This document shows positions 11,778 through 28,700 of a stretch of DNA of 64,000 bases, one piece after another (position 1 is the first letter of the stretch; every line of letters starts with the position of its first letter). Below the pieces are notes generated by a model. That model was not told where the DNA came from, did not search any database, and saw only the letters and a list, made by a program, of their open reading frames with translations. The translations under genes were made by a program, and so were the position numbers. Source of the DNA: Spongospora subterranea f. sp. subterranea (taxonomy: Eukaryota); the NCBI GenBank assembly GCA_049724395.1, contig JAUGWO010000065.1, positions 1 through 64,000 of the forward strand. The letters run 5' to 3'.

Positions 11778-14082
11778 ATGTCGCGCATCACTCAATTCGC
11801 TGCTGACACACAGCTCCCGATCGTGGTTTTGGATGTCGGACAGCACTTCAAGGCGCTGACGGATAAGGAACGACGCTATGCCCATCATTTGAGTCGTGCC
11901 TCGTGGCATGGAACAAGGTACGTCGTTGACACAAGCTTTCGCCCTGCCTAAGAGCCCTGTTAGAATTATTGCCGCACAATTATCGCATGATTCCCCAATA
12001 CTTTACTCGATGCTACTATCTGTTTTTAAACTGCCCAACGGAAATTTATGTGATTTTACCAAGTTGAAATCCTCCAGTGCAGTACAAGACTCAGAATTTA
12101 CACATTTTCTGGAATACGCTGTTCAAGTACTATCAAATATCGGGAATTTCAAAAGTTTTGGAGACACGAAGTTCATTCCTAGATTGCCTCAGTCTAGTTT
12201 TGAGAAGGTATTCAATTATCATTGCGTTTACAATTCCTAACCGTCTGACAATCCCCCGTAGATCGTTAAAGCATCGAACTCTGAGATTGCTGTTCAGCTC
12301 TTCAACAAATTGAAATTTACCATTTACAGGTCAGAACCAGAATCGGTTTGCCACCTTGGGTTCCCTGCTCCTGATGACCATGTTTCCGGTATGTTTGCCC
12401 TTGAAGTGTTTTTACAAGCTCTGTTATTTTTTACCCAAACTATGGCGTGATTTTTATGTGCTCTCTTGGTCATAGGCTTTTACTCAGACAATGTCTCCAA
12501 ATCCGACGTTGAGGCGGTGCAGAAAGTGCTAGATACAAATGGCATATCTGCACTGAATACTCGTCTGTTCAAATCAAAAACTAAGGAAAATACGTTTGAA
12601 TTACGCGTTGCGTCTGCGCAGCGATCCCCTGATGAGCTCGTACAAGGAAATGGAATAACGGTTAATGTTGTCTATGGCGATTTTGCGAGCGAAATGGAGA
12701 AGATAGTACGAGAGATGGAAGCGGCCGCTGAATTCACTGCTAATGACACCCAGCTGGCTATGTGTAAATCATACGTCGCCTCTTTCAGATCAGGTGACAT
12801 CGAAGATCATCGCCAAGCGCAAATACATTGGGTCAAGGATAAAGGACCCGTGGTAGAGTCTAATATTGGGTTCATCGAGACGTACAGGGATCCAGCTGGA
12901 ATCAGGGCCGAATGGGAAGGGTTCGTTGCTGTCGTTAACAAAGAGATGACAAAAAAATTCAGCGTACTTGTTGAAAATGCTGAAAGCTTTATCCGATTAC
13001 TGCCTTGGCCAAGTGACTTCGAAAAGGATTCCTTCCTTTGTCCTGATTTCACGTCGCTTGAAGTCGTGTCGTTTTGCACCGGTGGTTTGCCAGGTAAACA
13101 AGCATGTCTCATTGCATCAACTTCGTTCTTACTTATTCCGTTCCTCTTTAAAGCGGGAATCAATATTCCAAACTACGATGACATCCGGCAAACTGTCGGG
13201 TTCAAGAACGTGTCATTAGGAAATGTGTTGAATGCTCATAGCCCAAATGAGAAGGTATATTTTCTATCTCCTTCGGATACAGAACTATTCACGAGGTATC
13301 GCGGCCCAGCTTTTGAAGTTCAAGTAGGTCTTCATGAACTGCTTGGTCATGGGTCAGGAAAACTTCTAGCCGAGGAGCCTGCTGGGGTTTTCAACTTCGA
13401 CCGTAAAAACATGCCACGCTCCCCGATCGATAACAGTGCTGTATCATCATGGTACAAGCCTGGCCAAACATGGAACAGCGTTTTCCAAGGTGTCTCCTGC
13501 AGCTATGAGGAATGCCGGGCTGAATCTGTGGCTATGCATCTCATGACCAATAAGAAAGTCCTGTCAATATTCGGTCACGAGGGCGCCGAAGCTGACGATA
13601 TTCTCTACGTTGGGTTCCTGTCGATGAGCAAAGCCGGCCTAACCGCCTTGGAGTTTTATGATCCTAGAACGGATAACTGGGGCCAAGCTCATATGCAAGC
13701 CCGGTTTGCTCTGCTCAAAATATTCATAGACGCCGGTTTAACTGAACTCAAGTTTGATCCTTCGAGCAAAGAACTGCTGCTAACGGTTCATCGCGACCGA
13801 ATAATTACCCATGCTGCGCCTGCCGTTGCGAAATTCCTAATAGCGCTGCAATTCTATAAGGCGACTGCTGATGTTATTGTCGGAACCAAATTCTATAATG
13901 ATGCCACAGCAGTTAGTCCATGGTGGCACCCTATCCGAGACGTGGTCATCGAACACAAACAGCCCCGAAAATTGTTCGTTCAGTGTAATACGGTTCTGAG
14001 CGCCGACGGATCAGTATCCGTTATTGAATATCCAGCAACCCTTGAGGGAGTTATACAAAGTCATGTCGAACGCGACGTTTAA
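11778..14082 (+). CDS. DPP3: Dipeptidyl peptidase III (peptidase M49), multi-exon
   Basis: N-terminus MSRITQF..LTDKERRYAHHLSRASW; GNFKSFGDTKFIP; GFIETYRDPAGIRAEWEGFVA; HELLGH zinc motif; EECRAE; WGQAHMQARF. Confidence 0.95.
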
Positions 14083-14179
14083 TACAGTTCCTATTGTGGA
14101 TAATATATATGAACATATTTTCGCCTTCGGTATTGACCTGAGTAAGATGATTGGGTGTTCGATGATGTCCATAAAAATA

Positions 14180-14868
14180 ATGTCGTCGAGTAATCCGTGG
14201 TCGTCGGCTGTTGATCCTGGCTCGATTGATTATCTGCTGTCCAGGACGAACGATCTCGCTTTGCCTCCTGTTGAGTCTGCACCGGGCCCGCCCAATTATG
14301 ATCGTGCTGATCGCCTTCTGAAATCCATCGGCATCCGCCAGACTATCGACGACACCGCCGTCGCCCTAGAACGGCTGCGTCTTATCACTCAATACCATCA
14401 GGTAATTTAAGCGTATGGATGCAGAAACTACTGGGTGATTGCTTCAAAATAGATATTCAGTGATAAACAGCAAAAGATTATCAGAAATTTATTACATCAT
14501 TTTTCTCAAATAACTGACAACGGGAGGAAAATTCGTCTGACCTTATCGAGACCAGTTCCGTCCCAGTCGCTCCATATTCCTCATCAATATCATAGGTAGT
14601 AATTATTGGCTTTCCATTAAGATGTCTGATATTTGTATTCAGTTCAGTAGTGCATGCAGTCGGATTTATGGATTCTTCACATAAATCATGGGATCAGTAC
14701 AATCAGAATTTATATTGGGTGATGAAACATCGTCGGAAAGACATTCGAGAAGTGGGTGAAGTTTGTAAACGAATTTGTCAAGAGCTAGGTAAAGCCGATC
14801 AGTACTATGATGTTCTATCGTCAATCAGAGATCAACTGATTGATTATTCAATGGTGGTTGGCAGTTAG
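14180..14868 (+). CDS. Probable HAUS augmin-like complex subunit 2 homolog, 3 exons
   Basis: N-terminal NPW motif as recalled for HAUS2; middle exon RLSEIITSFSQITDNGRKIRLTLSRPVPSQSLHIPHQYH resembles the HAUS2 core; GT-AG introns near 14402 and 14596. Confidence 0.5.
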
Positions 14869-15494
14869 AATACTGCATGCTCAATGTTTTTTTTTCATCA
14901 CCGTTTGCCCTAAATAAAATCTCATAATACCAGAAAGCCCCACACTGATTTCGGCCGACGATTTCCTGTAAATATCAAGCGGGATATGGGCGCTGTTCCT
15001 GTTGAAAATATTGAACAAGGACGCTTTTCTGGAATTCGAATTAAGCTCTTGCTACACCAGAGCCATTACTGGTTAAATTCACTGTAAAGATAATCGCTCA
15101 GGATCGTTCTCGCAAAAACAGTCTGTTTGTGGCAGTGTGTGAGTGTGTAACCGCACAATATTGCCCGGGAGATGGACAAAACAAGTGCAGATGGGCCAGG
15201 ACGGCTGTCTCCAGGTGACCAAGGCGCGCTGAACTCACTCAAACCGTCATCGCAGGCGGATTCCATTATGAACGATAGAGTCCCAGATGATTCCAAACCA
15301 CCTCTGCTAGATACTCATTTTCTCAGTATGTCTCCTCTGTTATTCATCATCACTATCTGGCTAAACCAACTTTGTTATCTCTCGCCAGCCCCTGAAAATA
15401 TTTATATCCCGCTGCCTCCATTGACACAACGACCATAACTCTCTGATGCGACAAAACCCGTCATATATATATTCAAATAGGTAATAAAAATGTA

Positions 15495-19257
<3,763 letters not shown>

Positions 19258-19650
19258 GCAATCAGAGGTTGTTTAATTGTAACCGGAGATATCGGATTCG
19301 GATTCGGAAGATTCAATGCATAACATAATTTTGCCGAAGGCGATACGCAAACATTTGTGTTCAAGGTAAAATATCTGTGGAACCGCACCTTCTTCGGGTT
19401 GACGAAGTTCATCGAACATCGCCTGAAGATCGCAGCTGATCTTGTCTGCGCATACGACGCCATTTCCCCTCCCTTCGATGTTGTTGATAGGAGCGACCAT
19501 GTTGTTTCCTCAACAAATCACCAGCCGGCGGCGAAATGCGCCAGGTGTGAATATAGCGCGCTTGGCCAGACGTTCTGAACAGCGACAATGCTGCAGTTTC
19601 CTGGTCGCAAGAATGGAATCGAATGCTGGCACCAGGCAAGGAGCCGTAAT

Positions 19651-19669
19651 GAGAGAGAGAGAGAGAGAG
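19651..19669. repeat. (GA)n microsatellite
   Basis: Direct read. Confidence 0.9.
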
Positions 19670-20099
19670 ATAATATATAAATTCTACAGATAAAGATAAT
19701 ACAATAGAGAATGAATATGAATCGAGTCAGTTCATATAATCATCAATGTTACTGGAGTTTGCGCGTGACGTGCAGACGATACACTGTACTCCGACTGGAC
19801 CGTAACAAACTGCTGCCACGCAATCCATGGCATGAGTGCACCACAGTCAGTTGGCGCAGCCATCGACTCGGCCCCCCCGACCAACACCGTCCTCGGTCGG
19901 TCGGCCGGTCGGTCGCGCAACGGGGATGATCAAACACATCGGAAGGAGGGCGCTGAGGTGTATGGAATAATCGTGTTATGTATATGGAAATGCTGAAAAG
20001 ACATAAACTGCGAGGTTGTCGTCATTGACAACGCAAGACGTGATTATCGTTGAACGTGTTTCGAATAACATTAGGTAATATAATCAAAGTCCATTAGAC

Positions 20100-21730
20100 T
20101 TCAATAAGAGTAGTTTATACTCCTACAAGTTTGTTCTGACGGAAACTGTTGGCGGTCTCCATGTATTCAACATGATCGCCTCCCGTGAGCCATGAAGTGA
20201 TAGCTTCAGGACGACCATTCAGTTTTGAGCAACGCATTGAGCTTCGCGCGTGTTTCCGAGGACCGGGCCTCGAAAGCGGGGTGGGCACACGATATAAATC
20301 CAGAGACACTAGAGATTTATCCTTCGTAGATTAAAAGTTCCTGACGTTGAAGAAGAGTTCTACTTTTTCCTTGAGTAAGGCCTGACTGGCTTAAAAGCTC
20401 AAGAAGATTTTTGGAACGTCTAAAGCAACTAATAAATTTAATTCTCAGGAACTTACTACTTGAGTGGGCGGTTTGTGAGAAGATGAACTGCTTGCGTGTC
20501 TTAGTTAGCTGTGAGTCGTAAAATGGTGAAATAATCGGTAAAAGTGTCTCTGTTGTTGCAAAAGGGTGTTGTAAACGGTAGCCTGCATCGTAGAAGTCGA
20601 ACGTCAGCAGTCTCTAGACCAACATGCGTCTACCAGAATAGAAATGAATTCATTCCTACAAGGTATCTCTCTCACCTATCATCAGAGCCGCGAGACTGTA
20701 GATTTCCTGGATCTCCCCAGTTTTAATCTCAGCAATCGGTTGAAATTTGAAACCTTCCAGAAACCTCTTGCCATCTTCCAGTATCTCCCCCGTCATTTTA
20801 ATGATAAATTTTAGGACCGTAGGAAAAGGAGTTGTTCGTACAGATAAACTTCAAAATCTTGAACAACTGCTAAAACGAGCCCTCTCGACATGGACACACG
20901 AACAACTTTCAGTTCAAGGCAATAAACTCATTACCACATCCAGACCGAACGTGTCTTTGTTGTAGATCTATTTGCGCTCCTGGAGGTTTTGTCCTGAATT
21001 CGTGTTTCTTTGTCTTGCGGATTCGGCGTCTCCTGCTTTGGAGCTCTCTGGTTTGGGCGCACAGGGCGAGCGTTTTTCTGTGCGCCTTGGCCATTTTTTG
21101 GCGAACGTCGTTTGAGTGAAGCTGGGATAGTCTTAGTAAGATCGTGCTTGGTTAATTGTAGAATAGCTTGATCCTGTTCCTTTTTGAGAGCAGCTTTACG
21201 GGAACGTTCATCCTTCTTCAGTTTTTGTCTTTAAATTGTTTATCTGCAAACTGGATCAAAGTATCTTCCAAACGGGGGTCAACGTGTTTGTTCACCATAT
21301 TCTGATGAACTGGTGACCAACCAAGTCCTGATTTTGTTGGATAATCAGGAATGGGTGCTGACGACAAAATCTAAGTAATCGAGTCTGGGTGACTTTTGTG
21401 AACTTAGTGCTGAGATCCGTCTTGAGTTTGTGTACAGTGATTTGCTCCAGAAGTAAAGTGGTTTTCAAAACTTTACTCTGGTTGACGGCCTGATCAGGAT
21501 AATCAGTTAATGTACTCTTGAAGGCGTTGTCTAGGTAGGAGATTAATGGTGTTAATTTCCCTGTTCTCGCAGCATGCTTGACCTTGCGAAGCTTCTTGTC
21601 GGTTGAAGCTATTTTGAAGGTAATAGCCGCTTGATGTTTAGCCGATTGTTGTAAAAAAATGGCAATCGGCTTGTTGTTCAGCCAGGGTGACAGCTCCAAC
21701 ATTTCTTTTGTAATGTGGGGTTGCATATCG
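20100..21730 (-). mobile_element. Highly decayed retroelement, possibly Penelope-like
   Basis: KILKFICTNNSFSYGPKIYH*NDG (~20800-20870) resembles the Penelope RT segment N.F.F.GK.Y.Q..G; Lys-rich upstream ORF 21292..21726. Many stops. Confidence 0.3.
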
Positions 21731-21991
21731 ATCGGTAAACCCTAAGAAAATGATTTTTAGGGTATTGGGGATTAGGATTATGGTATTCCGATTAAGAAAC
21801 CGGTACGTTGTAAGGAAGAATTTTGAAGAAAGAGAGACCACGATGCTCGTGCCTTCTAGTCGCATGAACTGCGGCCGCTGCCGCCCAATAAACGGTCCCA
21901 GAACTGTGGTCAACGCCCATAACTTGGCGGCGTCCGGCCGTTCGCTGCAATCGCTGGACGTATTGAGCGCGTCCGGCGTCTTGCCATTGGC

Positions 21992-22390
21992 TCCTGTCAT
22001 CAGGGACGGGTCCTCTGGAGAGATTCCCGTCTTGACGGTGAATCCGAGGTCTTTCAGCTGCCGAGCCAGTTCGTCCTGAGCGCTTTCGAAGGTTGTGATT
22101 CCTTTTTTGAAGATCGGGGTGATGAAGGCCCGTTGCCAGACGGACGGCGTGACCTGGTGGGCGTATAGTGTTCGGAACATATCGTAGAGGAGGGCGGCGG
22201 GCGGTTCTGGGACGCACCTGACACTATACGCCCATCAGGTGACGCCGTTCGTCTGGCAACGAGCCTTCATGACCCCAATCTTCATAAAAGGAATCACAAC
22301 TTTCGAAAGCGCATAGGACGGCAGCTGAAAGACCTCGGATTCACCGTCAAGACGGGAATCTCTCCAGAGGACCCGTCCCTGATGACAGGA
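21992..22390. repeat. Fold-back of a non-LTR (LINE) reverse-transcriptase fragment, arms 21992-22171 and 22221-22390
   Basis: Arms are reverse complements: the outer ~70 bp are identical, the inner part has substitutions and one indel. Encodes TPSVWQRAFITPIFKKG, the LINE RT P..W..A.I.PI.K.G motif. Confidence 0.85.
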
Positions 22391-22470
22391 AGGTTGGGCA
22401 ATAACCGACTGAACTTTAGTAAATACTGTGTTTGGACAAATACTGACTTGCGAAAAACAGTACAAAGCGC

Positions 22471-22717
22471 GCTTCTTGGACACACGACAGGGACTTGTTT
22501 TTGATTCAGCAGTTACAACTGCAGACTAACCAAGGCAAACGAGCCCGATTATGGCTGGAAAAAAGAGGCTTGGACAGAGACGACGCCTTGGACAGAGACG
22601 ACGCGCGTCTCTGTCCAAGCCTCTTTTTTCCAGCCATAATCGGGCTCGTTTGCCTTGGTTAGTCTGCAGTTGTAACTGCTGAATCAAAAACAAGTCCCTG
22701 TCGTGTGTCCAAGAAGC
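22471..22717. repeat. Perfect ~112-bp inverted repeat with 23-bp spacer, made of a Myb/SANT-like (Harbinger ORF1-type) fragment
   Basis: 22471-22582 is the reverse complement of 22606-22717. Peptide RASWTHDRDLFLIQQLQLQTNQGKRA/DYGWKKEAWT. Confidence 0.9.
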
Positions 22718-24280
22718 CCGCTTTCCATCGCGCTTCCCCTTCATCGGCATTAGCTCAATGGATGTCAAGACAAATTATGGCGCATGATTGGCATTTATCA
22801 ATATTGGCGTTTCGAGATATACCAATTCCAGAAATTATTGAAATGTCAATTAGGAACTCCGTGGTTGCCAGACGCACTCTATTCGAAAATTGGACGACAA
22901 TGGATCGAATGGCGATAACAATATCCAGTTGTTAATAATCGTAATCGATTGATAGGAATTGATTGGGGTTTTACCCACTTTCCGTACATACACTTGAGTG
23001 TATATTAATCCATACGGTATCCAGTTGTGAGAAGTACCGGTAACGTGAACGGTCCCTATAGAAGATAACGTCCCGTAATGGGTATTTGGAACCGCTTTCT
23101 GGTTTATCTTTAGAATTTGACAGTTTTGATCAATGCGTTCGTCGTTGGGTAATTCGATGAGAAAGCGAGGTTCTTCTTCCAGTAATGCTGACGTCTATGA
23201 GCACTACACAAGACGTGACGACCCACTACCCATACTATCGTCAAAGTACTGTACATGGTCAGTTCAGTGAAGGTCATGACAGGTTCCCAATAGCGTGTGT
23301 TATTTCTATCGAGATCAGGAACAGGCGCGATCATGGCGCCAACATCCCCTCCCATTATGAGATTGTCGCGATAGATATCAATATTGTTGTACCGTTTTTG
23401 TGTTGGAGTCGAGACACGTTCTTTGAAACTTATCGGGGCAGGTTCAGTTCCATTTGAAACCCGACGTGTGAAAGCGAGCACGCTTCTTCGGCGCGCCCAC
23501 AATTTCCCATTGGATATTGAATACAAAACCTGAGCCAAATCTCGGTTAGAAATCGATATCAACCGAAGGATGTGGTAGACGAATACCGATCATGGGCACT
23601 TTAACAGAAGTCGTTGTATCCGCCAAGACCAGAGCCTTGCAGAAGCATATCGATCATCCTCAAAGAGTTCACGAGCACGATCGATTTGGCAATCGAAGTT
23701 GACCACCAGTCCGTCTCTCCCAACTCGATGACAATGCCAGGGATGATATGCCGATCAGCCCATTGGATGTGTTGATCGAGGGGTGTTGGAGCAGATACGG
23801 TCGTATATGGTTTCGACCGTATCTTAGTTGGCCATGTCTGGTGTCAACATGTCCCAATCGGTCGGCCACCAAAAAACGTCAACTGATTCAAGACCCCGTT
23901 ATTGAAATGGCGAATTGCTGTTTTCCCCGCCTTCTATCGTCCCCAACGGCTGAATAGGAAATGTTGGGACAGGACCAGAAGGTGCTAGATCGCACCGGTC
24001 GTTGATCGCTGGACACGCACAGAGGTGTCAAGAGCGGTCGCGTCAGAGTAAAGTGCAACGCCACGACAATGGGAAACCCCATCGCGCTGTTAGAACTTTG
24101 ATTCCTATAGAGAATGCCTCAACAACTGTATCAAATCGATCAAAACGTACGACACTACGAGAATCCAAAAGCAAGGCGGAACAATCGCCAAATACTGGTG
24201 ATACCTTCGACACCCGAGAGATGGTCGATGTCGAAAGACCATCGGCGTGTCTGTTTCAATCGCCACGAATTGACGACCCA

Positions 24281-24303
24281 GTGTGTGTGTGTGTGTGTGT
24301 GTG
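24281..24303. repeat. (GT)n microsatellite at the left edge of the GC-rich island
   Basis: Direct read. Confidence 0.9.
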
Positions 24304-24546
24304 ATGCGGTTCCACAAATCCTGTTGTGTGTCCCCAGCCCGGCCCGATCTTCCCTGTGTTGCACAGCCCGTTCTCGTGGTCCAAACAATCGGACAGGGAG
24401 AGAGGGGGGTGTTCGTGGTGGTGTTCCTTTGGTACCGGCATAGGTGACCGGTATCACCAGGGTCTGTCGTTCTGGGGCTCCTTTTCTGGCGCCATTCCCC
24501 ATCTCGCTCTCTCCCATCCTCCTCCTCCCTCCCTACCCCCAGCATC

Positions 24547-25602
24547 ATGCCTGGGCCAGTATGTCGGTTCCCTTACACGGGCGCGTCGTGTGAGGTGACG
24601 ATCGGGATGGAATTGGGGTCGATCTACTGGGGCTATGTCATCCTGTATTCCGCCCTCACCGTGATCGTCGCCATCCCGACCCTATCGTCGGTCATCCGCC
24701 GCTGCAATCGCCAGGGGACGGTCTCGATCCCGTCCCTCGACCGCCCCGACGCCATGCTCCTCCGGGTCGCGTTCGCCCTTGTCGCCTTCCTGGTCCAGAT
24801 CCCCGACCCGCTCGGGTTCTACGCGATCCTCAGTCCGATCGTGATCGAGCTGAGCTCGGCGGTCTCCTCCCTGGTCCTCCTCTCGATCGTCATCTCCCTC
24901 ATCTTCCGCCCCATTCGCACCCTGCTCCTGCTCAGCGACCGGGGCCTGTCCCAGATTGGCGCCATCACCCGCCTGTATAGCGCCACCCAGTACGTGGCGA
25001 TCGCCGTCTGGCTGGCCCTGCCCTTGTGCCAGGTTCTGGTCGGGCCCGACCTCGCCCGCTACTTCAAGGCGATCGCCCTGCTCTGGACCCTGATCGTGGT
25101 CGTGATCGCGTACGGATCGGCCGCCCTCGCCGCCTGTCTCATCGTTCGGGCGATGTTCGATCACGACACTGGTATCCTGAGCGCGGTCACGTCCCAGACC
25201 CGTTATCGCGCCCGAAAGACCATGCGATCGGTGCTGATATCGGCCGTCGCCGTTCTCGTCGTGTTCGTCCCGATCACGCTCTACCAGGTCGTGTTGATCA
25301 TGTCCCGCCCGATCTACCCCGATCCCTCGTTCGTCCCCGATTCCTTCCTGGCCCTGATTCTCCTCAGCTCGTTCCACCTGATGAAGCTGCTGCTGGCGTC
25401 GGCCGTCTCCATCTTCGCCATGTACTCGCTAACGGCGCCCTATCGCGACTCCCGTTCCCAGATCTCGTTCAACAGCGCCGTCTTCACGATGGAGCTGCCC
25501 AAGCTGGCCAGTTCCAATCCGGAAGCCGGCTTCGACATCAACAACAACAACAAACAGGCGAAATCCCACACCTTCAAGTCGATCGATTACGATCATCGGT
25601 GA
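24547..25602 (+). CDS. Intronless seven-transmembrane, GPCR-like protein, 351 aa
   Basis: About seven hydrophobic segments, an N-terminal C-x7-C, DPLGFY after TM2 and a polar C-terminal tail; strong GC3 bias. Confidence 0.75.
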   Translation: MPGPVCRFPYTGASCEVTIGMELGSIYWGYVILYSALTVIVAIPTLSSVIRRCNRQGTVSIPSLDRPDAMLLRVAFALVAFLVQIPDPLGFYAILSPIVIELSSAVSSLVLLSIVISLIFRPIRTLLLLSDRGLSQIGAITRLYSATQYVAIAVWLALPLCQVLVGPDLARYFKAIALLWTLIVVVIAYGSAALAACLIVRAMFDHDTGILSAVTSQTRYRARKTMRSVLISAVAVLVVFVPITLYQVVLIMSRPIYPDPSFVPDSFLALILLSSFHLMKLLLASAVSIFAMYSLTAPYRDSRSQISFNSAVFTMELPKLASSNPEAGFDINNNNKQAKSHTFKSIDYDHR

Positions 25603-25705
25603 CGGGCGTCGCCTTGTCCAAAAACAACAACAAAAACCAATAAAACCTCAGAATCATCGCGATTCCGATCTGATTTCCACAAAAACAACAATATTCAATT
25701 TATCA

Positions 25706-28700
25706 TTAGGTTTTGCCATTGCCGTGTTTTCGCCCTTCTCCGATCCGGTCGTTCGACGTCCCGACACTCGGCTGGGAACACGATGGCCAGTCGTCAGTGA
25801 GAGCGGGTCGGTAATTCCCATCGTCAATCGCCCTACCTGTATCCCGAACATACGCTTTGTATTTCAACATCGCCTTCCTGGCCCGGATTATTCGCGATTC
25901 CTCGAACAGATCCGAGAACACGTCCGTCGTCGTCGTCGTTCTGGGCGATTTCGTGATCGTTTGCGGCGGGTTCTCGGCGGCGGCCGACGGTCGATCCTGA
26001 ACGAACGACGATTCAGGGGACACGACGAGCGCGAACGACCGACGATCGTTTATACCGGGACGGCCAAGATCGACGACGTCAGGACCTTCTGCTGATGAGA
26101 TTGGGCGATGATGGCGGTGGCGAACTGGTCAAAGTTCATGGTGCGGCCGTTGGCGGTCTCGTTCGTGACGACGGCCGACACGATCGGGCGAATATGGTCG
26201 GGGAGGGCCGGATCGCGCCCAACAATCCTCAGGGCGCTGGACGCGTCCACCAGGCCGTCGTGGGCGATCGCCGAGAAGATCCAGCGGATTCGCGTTCGCA
26301 TCGCCTGACACAGGACGCGGCGGTGGTCAGTTCGACGGCGATGGCGATGAGAGCGCCAGCACACCTTGCGGATGATGGAAGCGGATCGGGGGTCGATCGC
26401 TGGCGATGAGGGCGGCGGCGGCGCTGGATAAGGGGACGGCGTGGCGGCGATCGGATAGGAATGGAGATAGGCGCCGACATCGCCCGGTTTCATCCGGGGC
26501 GTCTGGTCGCGAACGTGCCGGCGCACGTCGAACAGCGGCGTCCCGTCGTTATCGGTATCGGCGAACGTCTTCTGGAACGACTCCACCGCCTGGGGCGATC
26601 GGGTGATCGATCCGCGGAACGAGGGAAAACGACAGCGAATACCTGTTTCTTGACCAGGTTCGAGTTGTGAAGTCGCTCGAGGCGTTGGCGATCGCCGTCG
26701 TCGCTGGCCCGGGCCCTGATCCGGATCGGATCCGGTTCCGGTTCCGACGATCGCTCGCGTCGGTCTTGATACAATCGCTCGTGGATCGCCAGGTCGGATC
26801 GCTTGCCGCCCGAGGTCGATCGAACGTTGGGCCGGAACGTGCACAGTTCCAATCTGAACCCCCCCAACAAACAAATCAGCGATTCCCGACGACGAACGAG
26901 GGGCGAAAACCGACTCCTGTCGTTCCCGATCGATCAGATACGTCATCTGGCGCTGATGCGTTCGGGACGACGTTCGACCCGACGAGAACTGCCGGGAGAC
27001 ACGTCGCTCGGTACGGTGCGATCTGGGGCGCGAACTGACCGGCGGTTCCTGATCGTGCTCATCGCCCGCGTTGTGCGATTGCTGATCACGACGCGATAGG
27101 AACTTGATCCCTGAACAAAATCGTCGATGGGCGTAACCAGCAGAACCCCCCCCCACACCACCCAAATCACCTTCGTCGTACAATCGGTCGCAGACGGCGC
27201 TTCGCGCCGACGACGTTCGCCGATGGTGCTGGGGCGTGGCGGCGGCGTCGTCCCCAGTTAAGATCAGGCGCCGTTGTGAATACAATCGGTCGAAGATGGG
27301 GGGATCGCGCTGTCGCCGCGATGGCGGTCGAATCGACGACGACCGGGGCGGCGCCACCGCCACGATATCGACCCGATCGCGGGGACGCGCCGTCGGGACC
27401 GGTTTTACCCGCGTTAGTTCGTCCAACAGGCGCTGGCGCGAATCGATGTGGTTGTGGACGCCGCGCGATAGACGATATCGATCCGCCCATTGCAGAACGG
27501 CGGCGACGTCGACCCTGAGACAACGACAGTTCAGGGATTGGGGCGATCGATGGCGGGGGCGATTACGGGGATTGTTCGGGATTGGCGTCGGTCAATCGGA
27601 TGTGATAGATTCGAGGGAGCGATCGGGAGCGGATTCCGATCGCGTTCAGACCCGATATCTTGTGCAATAGCCGGTCCATGAGGCGGCGCTGGTCGGCCCT
27701 GTTCAGGACGTATCGGCGGGCGAACTCCAGAACGCGCCCGACGAGGTCGTCGCCCGGGAACAGCTCCAGCATCTCGGCCGCGCCCGTCTTGAGGTCAACC
27801 TCGACCTTCACCGACAGACACGGGCGATCGTCGAGCGCCGCCGCCGCCGCCCCGTCCCCCGATGGCTCTTCCGCAATCGACGACGGCGACGACGACGACG
27901 GGTATCGCGCCGATTGGATTTCGTCGAGGAGTTGGCGACGGTGCGATGGCGATATCGACAGGCGTCGTTTATCGCAGAAGGCGATGACCTTGTCGACGTT
28001 GAGCATGGGCATCAGGTCGTCGTCGCAGATCAGCTCGTCGATCACGTTGGACGAGCGCCCGTCCAGCGAAATCGTGAACGCGTCGGCGGCGTGACGCGAT
28101 CGGGCCGGGTCCGACTCGATGTGCTCCATGTTGACGAACAGGGCGGCGAACAGGCGGCGTCGTTGCCCAGGGCCGAGCTCGTGACGGTCGACGATATCCT
28201 GTTCCGGAGGAAAAAACACAAACGACGTCACGAACGAGGTTTTGAACAACAATGAAAACAAAACGGCGATTTACGGTGACGCGCTCGACGACGTCGTCGA
28301 AGGAATCGATCTGTAGTCGATCGAGAACCTGATCCGATCGGAGAACGGTGACGACGACGATCGATGTGGCGGCGGTGGTGTTGGCGATCGGGCTATTGTC
28401 CATGACATGATTGAGCAGGCGCTGCTGCTTGGCCGGGTCCAGGTTGAACCGGGTCGCGAACTCCACCACCTTCGCGATTGGGTCATCGCCCGCCCCGATC
28501 GACAATACCTCTCCACCACCGCCGTCCCCGTCCCCGTCGTCGTCATCGATCCGCACCCGAACGATCAGTCGATCGGGATCGTCCTGTTCCGCATCGTCCT
28601 CGTCGTCGTCGTCGTTCCGTTGTTGATCTTTGGGGAAAACTGTGGTCGGTTCCCAGTTGATCAGCCCATCCGCCCCCGCGTCCGACACCACCGAATCCTC

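Noticed and set aside
22760..24250. Short ORFs between the palindrome and the island
   Set aside because: No recognisable motif; probably decayed repeat-derived DNA.
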